Source: Bryobacterales bacterium (GTDB lineage Bacteria; Acidobacteriota; Terriglobia; Bryobacterales; Bryobacteraceae). From it: a stretch of 64,000 nucleotides of DNA. Location: NCBI GenBank assembly GCA_038319515.1, contig JBBQDH010000002.1, forward strand, positions 3,318 to 67,317. The letters run 5' to 3'. Under the pieces are notes generated by a model, which worked only from the letters and a program-made list of their open reading frames with translations, did no database searches and had not been told where the DNA came from. Positions 36,269 to 44,000 of the stretch are shown one piece after another. Positions within the stretch are counted from its first letter, which is position 1. Each line of letters starts with the position of its first letter. The position numbers were made by a program, and so were the translations under genes.

Positions 36269-37137
36269 AACTCGTTGCCTTATTGTTGGCGGCGGCACCG
36301 GTGTTTGCGCAGCTGAATGGCGTGATCGATATCCATGCGCACAGCGGTCCGGACAGCGTGGCGCGTTCGATTGACGCGGTGGATCTGGCGAAGCTTGCGA
36401 AGGCTCGCGGGATGCGCGGGCTGGTGTTGAAGAACCACTATGAACCGACGGCGTCGCTGGCCTATGTGGTGCGGCAACTGGTGCCGGGGCTGGAGGTATT
36501 CGGCGGCATCGATCTGAACCTTTCAGTGGGGGGTGTGAACCCCGCGGCCATTGAACGAATGGTGTTGATGAAGGGCGGTTACGGGCGTGTGGTCTGGCTG
36601 CCGACTTTCGACGCGGAAAATCAGGTGAAGTTCTCAAAAGAATCGAGGCCCTTTGTTTCCGTTTCGCGCAATGGTGATTTGCTGCCGGAGACGAAGGCTG
36701 TCATTGCTTTGGCCGCGAAGCATCATCTGATGCTGGAGACCGGACATTCCTCGGCAACCGAGGGCCTGATGATCATCCGCGAAGCGAAGCGCCAGGGCGT
36801 AGAGCACATCGTCGTGACGCATGGAATGATAGCGCCGGTCTCCATGAGCATTGCGCAGATGCGTGAGGCGGCGGGGCTGGGCGCTTATATCGAATTCGTC
36901 TATAACGGGCTCATCGGCAAGGGCAAGGAGTTTGAGATGCGGGACTACGCCCGGGCCATTCGCGAAGTGGGGGCGAAGAGCTGCATTCTTTCGAGCGATA
37001 TGGGGCAGGTGGGGAACCCGCTGCATCCCGATGGTCTGGAAGCTTTCTTCGCGGGCCTGCGCAAGGAAGGCATTTCGCAGCAGGATATTGCGTTGATGTC
37101 GGTCACGAACCCGGCCATCGCATTAGGGGTGAAATAG
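36265..37137 (+). CDS. amidohydrolase-fold metal-hydrolase-like protein (DUF6282-like), signal peptide
   Basis: ORF 36196..37137 trimmed to ATG 36265, which overlaps the upstream stop (ATGA). MKLVALLLAAAPVFAQ, then GVIDIHAHSGPD...LVLKNHYEPT...VWLPTFDAEN...ETGHSS...VVTHG. Confidence 0.6.
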   Translation: MKLVALLLAAAPVFAQLNGVIDIHAHSGPDSVARSIDAVDLAKLAKARGMRGLVLKNHYEPTASLAYVVRQLVPGLEVFGGIDLNLSVGGVNPAAIERMVLMKGGYGRVVWLPTFDAENQVKFSKESRPFVSVSRNGDLLPETKAVIALAAKHHLMLETGHSSATEGLMIIREAKRQGVEHIVVTHGMIAPVSMSIAQMREAAGLGAYIEFVYNGLIGKGKEFEMRDYARAIREVGAKSCILSSDMGQVGNPLHPDGLEAFFAGLRKEGISQQDIALMSVTNPAIALGVK

Positions 37138-37139
37138 AG

Positions 37140-38036
37140 ATGCTGAACAGGCGCGCTTTCCTGGCCGCACCGCTGCTGACCCCACTGCTGAACACACCCG
37201 TGCTGCGCGCCGCCACGCCGCTGCTCATCGATTCCCACGTGCACGTCTGGAAGCACGATCCGAAATTCCCGTTTGCGGCGGGCGCGAAGCCTCCGGCGGA
37301 AGACGCTTCCCCGGAGATGCTGCTCGACCTGATGAAAGCCAACGGCGTGTCACGCACCGTGATCATTCAGGTGATCCATTACAAGTGGGACAATAGCTAC
37401 CTGGCAGACGTTCTGAAGCGCTACCCGCAGCAGTTTCGCGGTGTCTGCCGGGTGAATCCGGAAGACCCCGCCGCGCCGGATCATCTGAGCAAACTCACTG
37501 AAGAGCAGGGGTTCCGCGGCGTTCGCCTGAGCCCCTCTGCAAACCCCGACGGCGACTGGATCAAAGGCCCTCTGATGCCGCCTCTGTGGAAACGCTGCGC
37601 ACATCTGAAGGTGCCCATGACGGTGCTGGCGCCCGTGACGCGGTTGCCGGAGATCATGCCGCTGATCGAGCAGAATCCTGAGCTCACGGTGGTGATCGAC
37701 CACATGGCTGACTCGCCCCTCGCGCAGCCGGAAAAGCTGGATTTATTGCTCGCGCTGGCGAAGTATCCGAAGGTCTACGTCAAGCTTTCCCACATGTGGT
37801 CCATCTCGAAGCAGGCGTACCCATTCGCGGATTCGGCGGCGCAGGTGAAACGGCTGTGTGACAAGTTCGGTGCGAAGCGTCTGATGTGGGGCACTGACTG
37901 GCCGATTTCTCAGCGTAAGGTGACCTATCCGCAGGCCGTGGAACTGTTCCGGGATCACCTGGATGTTTTCCAGGGTGAGGACCGGGATTGGATGCTGGGA
38001 AAGACTGTGCAGCAGGTCTGGCCGTTCGGGATTTAA
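37140..38036 (+). CDS. amidohydrolase family protein (COG3618-like TIM-barrel hydrolase), Tat-like leader
   Basis: MLNRRAFLAAPLL...LIDSHVHVW...VVIDHMA...YVKLSHMW...WGTDWP. The HxH, His and Asp metal-ligand pattern fits amidohydrolase_2. Confidence 0.75.
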   Translation: MLNRRAFLAAPLLTPLLNTPVLRAATPLLIDSHVHVWKHDPKFPFAAGAKPPAEDASPEMLLDLMKANGVSRTVIIQVIHYKWDNSYLADVLKRYPQQFRGVCRVNPEDPAAPDHLSKLTEEQGFRGVRLSPSANPDGDWIKGPLMPPLWKRCAHLKVPMTVLAPVTRLPEIMPLIEQNPELTVVIDHMADSPLAQPEKLDLLLALAKYPKVYVKLSHMWSISKQAYPFADSAAQVKRLCDKFGAKRLMWGTDWPISQRKVTYPQAVELFRDHLDVFQGEDRDWMLGKTVQQVWPFGI

Positions 38037-38437
38037 GAGATCAGTATCGCGTCTTTATGAACGGCGGCGAGCCCCTGATCGAGCGTCACCAGCCTTCCGC
38101 CCTGAGTTCTCGCCAAAAGAACCAGGTACGCGTCAGTTGGCTGTCGATGCCCGACCACTCCCTTTTCGGGAAGATCGAGGTATGAGGCAGTATCGGCCCA
38201 GAATTCATGGGAAGGCAAAGCACAGATCCGCCTCAGCAAAGACTTTGCGGCCTGCACCGAAGGTTGTGCCGTCCAGCGCAAATGGAAACGGATCAACGCT
38301 CCCTGCGTGATCGGGCAGGTTGCAAAGCCCTGGCAGTTTGCAAACCATCGCGACGCCCGGACGTGCTCCGTATGGTCCGGCGTGGCCATGGCAATCAGGA
38401 CATTGGAATCGAGGAGAAAGACCTCACCCTTCGTCAT
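38033..38437 (-). CDS. vapC: type II toxin-antitoxin system VapC-family toxin (PIN domain)
   Basis: ORF trimmed to ATG 38437. MTKGEVFLLDSNVLIAM...TDAYLVLLARTQGGRLVTLD shows PIN acidic residues in the expected contexts. 14-nt overlap with the upstream antitoxin gene. Confidence 0.8.
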   Translation of the reverse strand: MTKGEVFLLDSNVLIAMATPDHTEHVRASRWFANCQGFATCPITQGALIRFHLRWTAQPSVQAAKSLLRRICALPSHEFWADTASYLDLPEKGVVGHRQPTDAYLVLLARTQGGRLVTLDQGLAAVHKDAILIS

Positions 38438-38651
38438 CAAGAGTCCTGATATCTTCCGATGTGACCCTGCGGGTGCAGCGAAAAGTCGGGAAGGCCGAAT
38501 CCGCATCTGCTGGATTGTGACCATCGCCCACGGCGCTGCCGGAGCGGGAAATGAATTCGCTGATCACCTTGCCCATACTCAGTTTGCGCTCATGCGCGAG
38601 AGTTCTGGCAATCTGCCAGGCGTCTTCGTCCAGATCTATGGTTGTGCGCAC
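38424..38651 (-). CDS. vapB: type II antitoxin (VapB-like, MRTTIDLDE-type)
   Basis: 75 aa. MRTTIDLDEDAWQIARTLAHERKLSMGKVISEFI is the common N-terminus of DUF2191-type VapB antitoxins. Sits upstream of and overlaps vapC. Confidence 0.75.
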   Translation of the reverse strand: MRTTIDLDEDAWQIARTLAHERKLSMGKVISEFISRSGSAVGDGHNPADADSAFPTFRCTRRVTSEDIRTLDDEG

Positions 38652-38712
38652 AAAAGCATCATATCATCAAGGTGCCGACGTTCACTTGCGGCAGGTCTGC
38701 TACGCTGATTTC

Positions 38713-38892
38713 GTGACCACGTCGATTACCCTCACTTTGCCCGAAGAACTCCTGAACCGGTTGCGCGAAGATGCAACGAAGGCAAATACTTCCGTCTCGC
38801 GCCTGGTGGGCCGAGTCATGGCAGAAGAGATGCGCCGTGACCTTGAAACTGTGAACCTTCGGAGCAGGGACGAGTCTGACAAACGCGAGTAG
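38713..38892 (+). CDS. possible ribbon-helix-helix (CopG-like) small protein, orphan
   Basis: GTG 38713. VTTSITLTLPEELLNRLREDATKANTSVSRLVGRVMAEEMRR shows an RHH beta-alpha-alpha pattern. No recognisable partner toxin downstream. Confidence 0.35.
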   Translation: MTTSITLTLPEELLNRLREDATKANTSVSRLVGRVMAEEMRRDLETVNLRSRDESDKRE

Positions 38893-39255
38893 CCATGCTG
38901 GAAGAACTCGGGCGAGCCTTGCCGATTGTCATCGCACTCTTTCTCGTCCGCTTTGCGGTCAGCTACAAGATGCTGGAGCAGGATGGGAGCGCCGTCAACT
39001 CAGCGCTCGCCGTGATTGCTGTCCTGCTCGCACTCGGGGGCTCTTCCAGCCCGGTGAGATCCTTACGAACGATATCGGCATTACTCAGAAATCGCTCTTC
39101 GGGCTGCGTAACCGGCAAGTGACGTGGTCTGACGCCGGAGTCCTGTATAGGCCAGGCGTGCGCGAACTGGTGATTTCGGCAGGCAGGGGAGTTTCCATCA
39201 CCCACACGCAGTATCACGCCGGCAGGTTAGTAAGCCCTTCTTTTGAGCAGTCGAC

Positions 39256-40230
39256 CTACGCCTTCGGCTGGCTTGCCTCGCGGTGCACCCACTTATACGC
39301 AGCCACCGAATTCTTCCAGAAATATTTCTCTGAAGCCGCCTGGCCCTTGGTCGCGAAATACGCCTTCACAATCTTCAGCTCCACCGGATATTCCGCCCAC
39401 AAATCGCTGTTCGGCCAGTCGCTGCCATAGAGCAGGCGGTCTTCGCCGAAGACTTCCCACATCTCGTCAATGGTGGCCTTGTAGGGAGCCAGATCTTCCG
39501 GAACCACTACCTTGCCGGAGGGGCCATTGACCGTCTTCGCGACCCCGGAAACCTTCGCAAACACCTGCTTCCGCTTACCCAGCTCATACAGGTTCGTCTC
39601 GTAAGCCTTCAGCGCCGCCGCAGCCGTCGGGCGCTCAATGCGCGGCAGGTGATCCAGCACAATCCGCAGTGTCGGGATCTTATCGGTCAACCGCAGCAGG
39701 TCTTCAATCAGTTTTGGGTTCGGATTTGCGGAGTCCATCACCAGGTCCGCATCGGCCATCGCCTTCAGCCCGGCAATGAACTCCGGCTTGCCGATCATGG
39801 CCGTAAAATCGCGCCCCCAGAGGTTGCCGTAACGAATGCCACGGAACAGCGGGTTCTTGTGCAGATTATCCAGCTGCTTGCGGAACTCCGGTTTTTCGGG
39901 CTCCATATCGCCGATGGTGCCCACCAGCATCTTGTCTTTCGCGGCGAGATCCAGCACCCACTGGTTGTCGTCAAACCAGGGGCTGGCTTCCACCTCAATG
40001 GCCCCCACGATGCCCAGACCGGCACTTACCTTACGGTAGCGGTCCATGAAGGCAGGCTTGTAAAGAACCGTGTCCTTCTTCTCCGGCCACACCAAACCCT
40101 GTGACCGATTGGTATCGAAGAGGTGGATGTGGCAATCGATGATCGGAATGGCAGGCGCGGCGTCGGCTTGCGGCAGAGCCATGGCGGCGGTGGCGGCTAC
40201 TGTGGATGTGACAAAAGTTCGGCGATTCAT
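39256..40230 (-). CDS. Tat-signal amidohydrolase family protein
   Basis: ORF trimmed to ATG 40230, which overlaps the response-regulator stop (ATGA). MNRRTFVTSTVAATAAMALPQADA, then IIDCHIHLF...VLDHLP...YGSDWP. Confidence 0.75.
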   Translation of the reverse strand: MNRRTFVTSTVAATAAMALPQADAAPAIPIIDCHIHLFDTNRSQGLVWPEKKDTVLYKPAFMDRYRKVSAGLGIVGAIEVEASPWFDDNQWVLDLAAKDKMLVGTIGDMEPEKPEFRKQLDNLHKNPLFRGIRYGNLWGRDFTAMIGKPEFIAGLKAMADADLVMDSANPNPKLIEDLLRLTDKIPTLRIVLDHLPRIERPTAAAALKAYETNLYELGKRKQVFAKVSGVAKTVNGPSGKVVVPEDLAPYKATIDEMWEVFGEDRLLYGSDWPNSDLWAEYPVELKIVKAYFATKGQAASEKYFWKNSVAAYKWVHREASQPKA

Positions 40231-40874
40231 AGCTGGACGATTCCTCTGTTCAGAGCCGCTACTGCGGCCTGCGTGCGGTCGCTGACGTTCAGGCGGCCGA
40301 GTATCGAATTCACATGCCACTTTACAGTACCTTCCGTGATCCCCAGCCGGTCGCCAATCTGCTTGTTGCTCATGCCTTTGACGATGAGTTCCAGAATCTG
40401 CAATTCACGCGGGCTGAGGTCCGGGCCGGGCGGGCGGCTGGCAAGGCTCTCGCGCACCGCACCGGGCAGATACCGCGAACCGGAATGAACACGGCGGATG
40501 GCATCCAGAAGCTCACCGTGAGGCATGCCTTTCAGCAGATACCCCTGCGCGCCGGCGTTCAGGGCGCGGTGGATATCCTCATCGCCCTGGTAGGTAGTCA
40601 GCACAATGAAACAGGCAGTGGGGTGGGACTCGCGGATATCGCGAATAGCATCAAGGCCGCTCATCTCCGGCATGCGCAGGTCAATGAGCGTGACGTCCGG
40701 CTGGTGCTGCAGGAAAAGTTTTACGGCTTCGCGGCCATTGCAGGCCTGCGCGACCACGGTCATGTCCGGCTGCGAATCGATCATGGTGGCGAGGCCGAGA
40801 CAGACCACCGGGTGGTCGTCTGCAAGCATTACGCGAATGGGAGTAACGGGGCCGGTTTCTGCGGGGCTGGTCAT
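40227..40874 (-). CDS. NarL/LuxR-family response regulator
   Basis: 215 aa. Receiver domain (VMLADDHP...LIDLRMPEMSG...). LuxR HTH LSPRELQILELIVKGMSNKQIGDRLGITEGTVKWHVNSIL. ATGA overlap with the kinase gene. Confidence 0.9.
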   Translation of the reverse strand: MTSPAETGPVTPIRVMLADDHPVVCLGLATMIDSQPDMTVVAQACNGREAVKLFLQHQPDVTLIDLRMPEMSGLDAIRDIRESHPTACFIVLTTYQGDEDIHRALNAGAQGYLLKGMPHGELLDAIRRVHSGSRYLPGAVRESLASRPPGPDLSPRELQILELIVKGMSNKQIGDRLGITEGTVKWHVNSILGRLNVSDRTQAAVAALNRGIVQL

Positions 40875-43873
40875 GGTTTTTTCCTTGCCGGTAAGGTGGC
40901 CCGAACGCGGGTTCCCTGCCCGGGGCTACTAATCATCTGGAACACTCCGCCGGATTGCTCCACTCTCTCGCGCATTCCAATGATTCCATAGTGGCCGTTG
41001 TCGCGTGACGCAGATGGGTTAAATCCCTTGCCGTCGTCTGAGACTTCGAGTCGCACCTCGGTCGGGTCAAAGTGCAATCGCAGCTGAATGCCCGCAGCGT
41101 GCGCGTGCGTCACGGCATTGCGAATCGCCTCACGCGCCACCAGCAGCAGATTCCGGTCGCCGGTGTTGCCAAGGCTGGCCGGTGGACCGTCGAACTCCGT
41201 GCTGACAGGAATGCCCTCGTTCGACTCCACCTGCCGGGCGAAGCTTTCGAGTGTGTTCACCAGGTCGGTGGGCTGCTCGTCGGCATGACCGCCGTACTGA
41301 CCAATGCCGCTGTTCCTCAAATCCCACACCGCATCGCGGGCCTCATTGACTGTCAGACGCACCTGCACGGCTGCCCGCTCCACCAGTTCAGCGGCTTTTT
41401 CCTTCGCGGCCGGTGGCATGCTGCGGGCGGCTTCCAGCAACGTGGAGACGCCGACGCAACCCTGGATCACGGTGTCGTGCATCTCACGAGCCAGCCGCGT
41501 ACGTTCCGCCAGCACCAGGGCGTAGCGGGCCCGGGTCTGCCGTGCATAAAGCCGAAACACGGCCCAGATTCCGAGGCCTGTCAGCAAGGCCAGCAGCGCG
41601 AAGAACCATGCGGATTCGTAAAAATGCGCCTGCCAGACAATCGGGATGACAGCCTCTGAAGTTTGCTGCGGCCGCGCCGCGTCCCGCGCAACTACATGGA
41701 AGCGATAGCGGCCAGGCGGGAGGTTCGTGAAGTAAGCGACACGGCCTTTCGGCGAGGGCGTCCAGTTCTCGTCAAAACCCTCCAGACGGTATCGGAACGT
41801 CACCCGGTCCGGTGAGAGCATGTCCGGGGAAGTGAAGCCGATCTCCAGTTTGCCTCGCCCCGGCGGGATGATGACTTCTCCGGAAACAGGCACGGGCCTG
41901 TCGTCCGCAAGAACGGACTCAATCAGCACCGGCGACGCGGGAGAAACCCGTCTTTGCGCCGGATCGATCCGTACCGCACCTTTCACACTGGGAAACCAAA
42001 GAATGCCCGCACGCGTGCGGCAGCCGGCGAACTGTGTGCCACCGTTCATCTGGCTGGACCGCAGCCCGCTGTCGGTGCCAAACGGAACGGCGGCGATGGC
42101 GCTGGCCCGGCCCTCAGCGACTGCGTCCAGTTCGCTCCTGTCAACGGCAAACACGCCGGCGGGGCTGCTCATCCAAAACTGGTCGCCATCCGCCAGAATC
42201 TGATAAATCGAATTACTTAGAAGGCCGTTGCGCGTGGTGAGGCGTGCGATCCTGCCGTTCCGGATGCGGACCAGCCCGTTCCCGCGTGTGCCCAGCCAGA
42301 GCGAGCCGCCCGAGTCGATATGGATAGCCCAGATCCGTTCATTTCCCAGTTTCGCGAACACGGGATCCGGCACGAATACGCCCTCATGGACGCGGTTCAA
42401 TCCGCCTTCAGTACCGACCAGAATGTCGCCATTTAGATCCTCCGCCAGCACATGCAGGCTGCCGTAGGACAAGCCGTCTTCCAGATAGTAGGTCTTGAGC
42501 GCAGCGTGCGCAGACCACCGGCTGAGGCCGCTGCCCGTGGCGATCCAGACATCGCCCTTGCGGTCTTCGAGGAAAAACCTGGTGTTATTGGAGCGCAGGC
42601 CGTCCCGCATGTTGAAGTTCTGCGCGCGACCCCCGGAAACCCGCAGGAAACCCTGTCCGACGCTGGCAAACCATTGGTTACCTGCACGGTCTGTAAACAC
42701 GCTCCGTGCACGGAATTTGGGTGCGCCGGGCGGGAGAAAAGGCGTGATACGCGCCCCTTGCGGCTTGTCTTCCACAGTGTAGAGGTGCCCGCCCGAGGTA
42801 CCAATCCAAAGGCGGCCGACCGGATCTTCCGACACGGAGACGACGTTGTCTTCGGCCAGGCCGTCTGCTGCGGAGATGGTTCGAACCGTGCTCTTCGTCA
42901 GTCGCAGCAGGCCGTCCAGTGTTCCCACCCACATGTTTTGTTCACGGTCTTCGAAAAGGGAAAGAACTCCGTTGTCAGGCAAGGTCTCGCCGTCGAAACC
43001 GGCAGAGGTTCCGTTCGGGGCAATACGGACCACGCCGGCGCCTGGCAGACTCACCCACAAATTGCCCTCATGGTCCCGGCAGAGTATCCGCGGGTTCCCG
43101 GGGTCAGAGGGGCGCGCCGGTTCCGGGCGGCCATCACGCATTCGGCGAAGCCCGGATTCGGAACTCAGCCAAAGTGTGCCGTCAGCCTCTTCGAGGATGG
43201 AGCGAATGGCGCCCAGCGGCTGGAACGATTCATCCGTTGTCAGTTGGTCGCCCTGCAGCCGGTAGAGGCGCGTTGTCGTGCCGACCCAAGTGACACCGGT
43301 GTGGTCCTGCAGGATAGAGGATCCGGCCAGGATAGGCACGCCCGCATTGGTTCCGGCCGGTCCGTCCAGGCGTACAAAGTGCCCATTATGCGCGGTATTC
43401 AGCCGAAAGATCCCACGGTCCGTGCCAGTCCACACCTCGCCGTTGCGGCCTTCGGCTATCGTTCGAACAAAGAGGTTGGTCAGGCCCTGGGCGGCACCGA
43501 ATGAATGGAAGACACCGGACTTCATACGCACCAGACCGCCGCCCTCCGTGCCGATCCACAAGCCACCGTCGTGCGCGGCGCAAAGGGTCAGGATGCTGTC
43601 GTCGCCAAGCGCGGGCGTAGTGGAGCGGTCAAAGACCACGAAGCGAATTCCGTCAAAGCGGACAAGCCCTCCCGACGTGCCGATCCAGAGGTAACCGTCA
43701 GGGGTCTGCGTGATCGCCTGAATACGGTTCTGCGGCAGGCCGTCGTCGCTCTGCCAGATGCGCCGGGAATAGTCTGCGCCCACGGCCGTCCCCGCGAAAG
43801 CCGTCCCCGGGAAAGCGGTGGCAATCATCAGCGTGGAGGAGAGAAACGCGGTAGTGAAGCAGCACGCGGCCAT
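40871..43873 (-). CDS. sensor histidine kinase with periplasmic two-component-regulator-propeller / Y_Y_Y domains
   Basis: 1000 aa. N-terminal repeated GLWIGT/GxLW beta-propeller units, a Y_Y_Y-like segment (FRYRLEGFDENWT), one TM helix, HisKA_3 H-box (LAREMHDTVIQG) and HATPase (EAIRNAVTHAHA...DDGKGF...GIIGMRERV). Confidence 0.9.
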   Translation of the reverse strand: MAACCFTTAFLSSTLMIATAFPGTAFAGTAVGADYSRRIWQSDDGLPQNRIQAITQTPDGYLWIGTSGGLVRFDGIRFVVFDRSTTPALGDDSILTLCAAHDGGLWIGTEGGGLVRMKSGVFHSFGAAQGLTNLFVRTIAEGRNGEVWTGTDRGIFRLNTAHNGHFVRLDGPAGTNAGVPILAGSSILQDHTGVTWVGTTTRLYRLQGDQLTTDESFQPLGAIRSILEEADGTLWLSSESGLRRMRDGRPEPARPSDPGNPRILCRDHEGNLWVSLPGAGVVRIAPNGTSAGFDGETLPDNGVLSLFEDREQNMWVGTLDGLLRLTKSTVRTISAADGLAEDNVVSVSEDPVGRLWIGTSGGHLYTVEDKPQGARITPFLPPGAPKFRARSVFTDRAGNQWFASVGQGFLRVSGGRAQNFNMRDGLRSNNTRFFLEDRKGDVWIATGSGLSRWSAHAALKTYYLEDGLSYGSLHVLAEDLNGDILVGTEGGLNRVHEGVFVPDPVFAKLGNERIWAIHIDSGGSLWLGTRGNGLVRIRNGRIARLTTRNGLLSNSIYQILADGDQFWMSSPAGVFAVDRSELDAVAEGRASAIAAVPFGTDSGLRSSQMNGGTQFAGCRTRAGILWFPSVKGAVRIDPAQRRVSPASPVLIESVLADDRPVPVSGEVIIPPGRGKLEIGFTSPDMLSPDRVTFRYRLEGFDENWTPSPKGRVAYFTNLPPGRYRFHVVARDAARPQQTSEAVIPIVWQAHFYESAWFFALLALLTGLGIWAVFRLYARQTRARYALVLAERTRLAREMHDTVIQGCVGVSTLLEAARSMPPAAKEKAAELVERAAVQVRLTVNEARDAVWDLRNSGIGQYGGHADEQPTDLVNTLESFARQVESNEGIPVSTEFDGPPASLGNTGDRNLLLVAREAIRNAVTHAHAAGIQLRLHFDPTEVRLEVSDDGKGFNPSASRDNGHYGIIGMRERVEQSGGVFQMISSPGQGTRVRATLPARKKP

Positions 43874-44000
43874 TCGCTTGTAAGTTTATGACAGTGCGCC
43901 CTGGCGGCGAATGCCATCGACCATTCCGGGAAGTCGCGTCCTTCCGCCGGGCGGCTCTGCAGCACCGTCACGTCACTATGCCGCGGAAATCGGGAAACTG

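Noticed and set aside
38895-39217. ORFs 38895..39122(+) and 38963..39217(-) as a candidate toxin partner of the RHH ORF (an LRVGD string resembles the RelE RVGDYR motif)
   Set aside because: An in-frame stop lies three codons upstream of the minus ORF, so no full-length RelE fits. The plus ORF is hydrophobic low complexity with no PIN, RelE or MazF motifs. Both overlap each other. Treated as non-coding or decayed.
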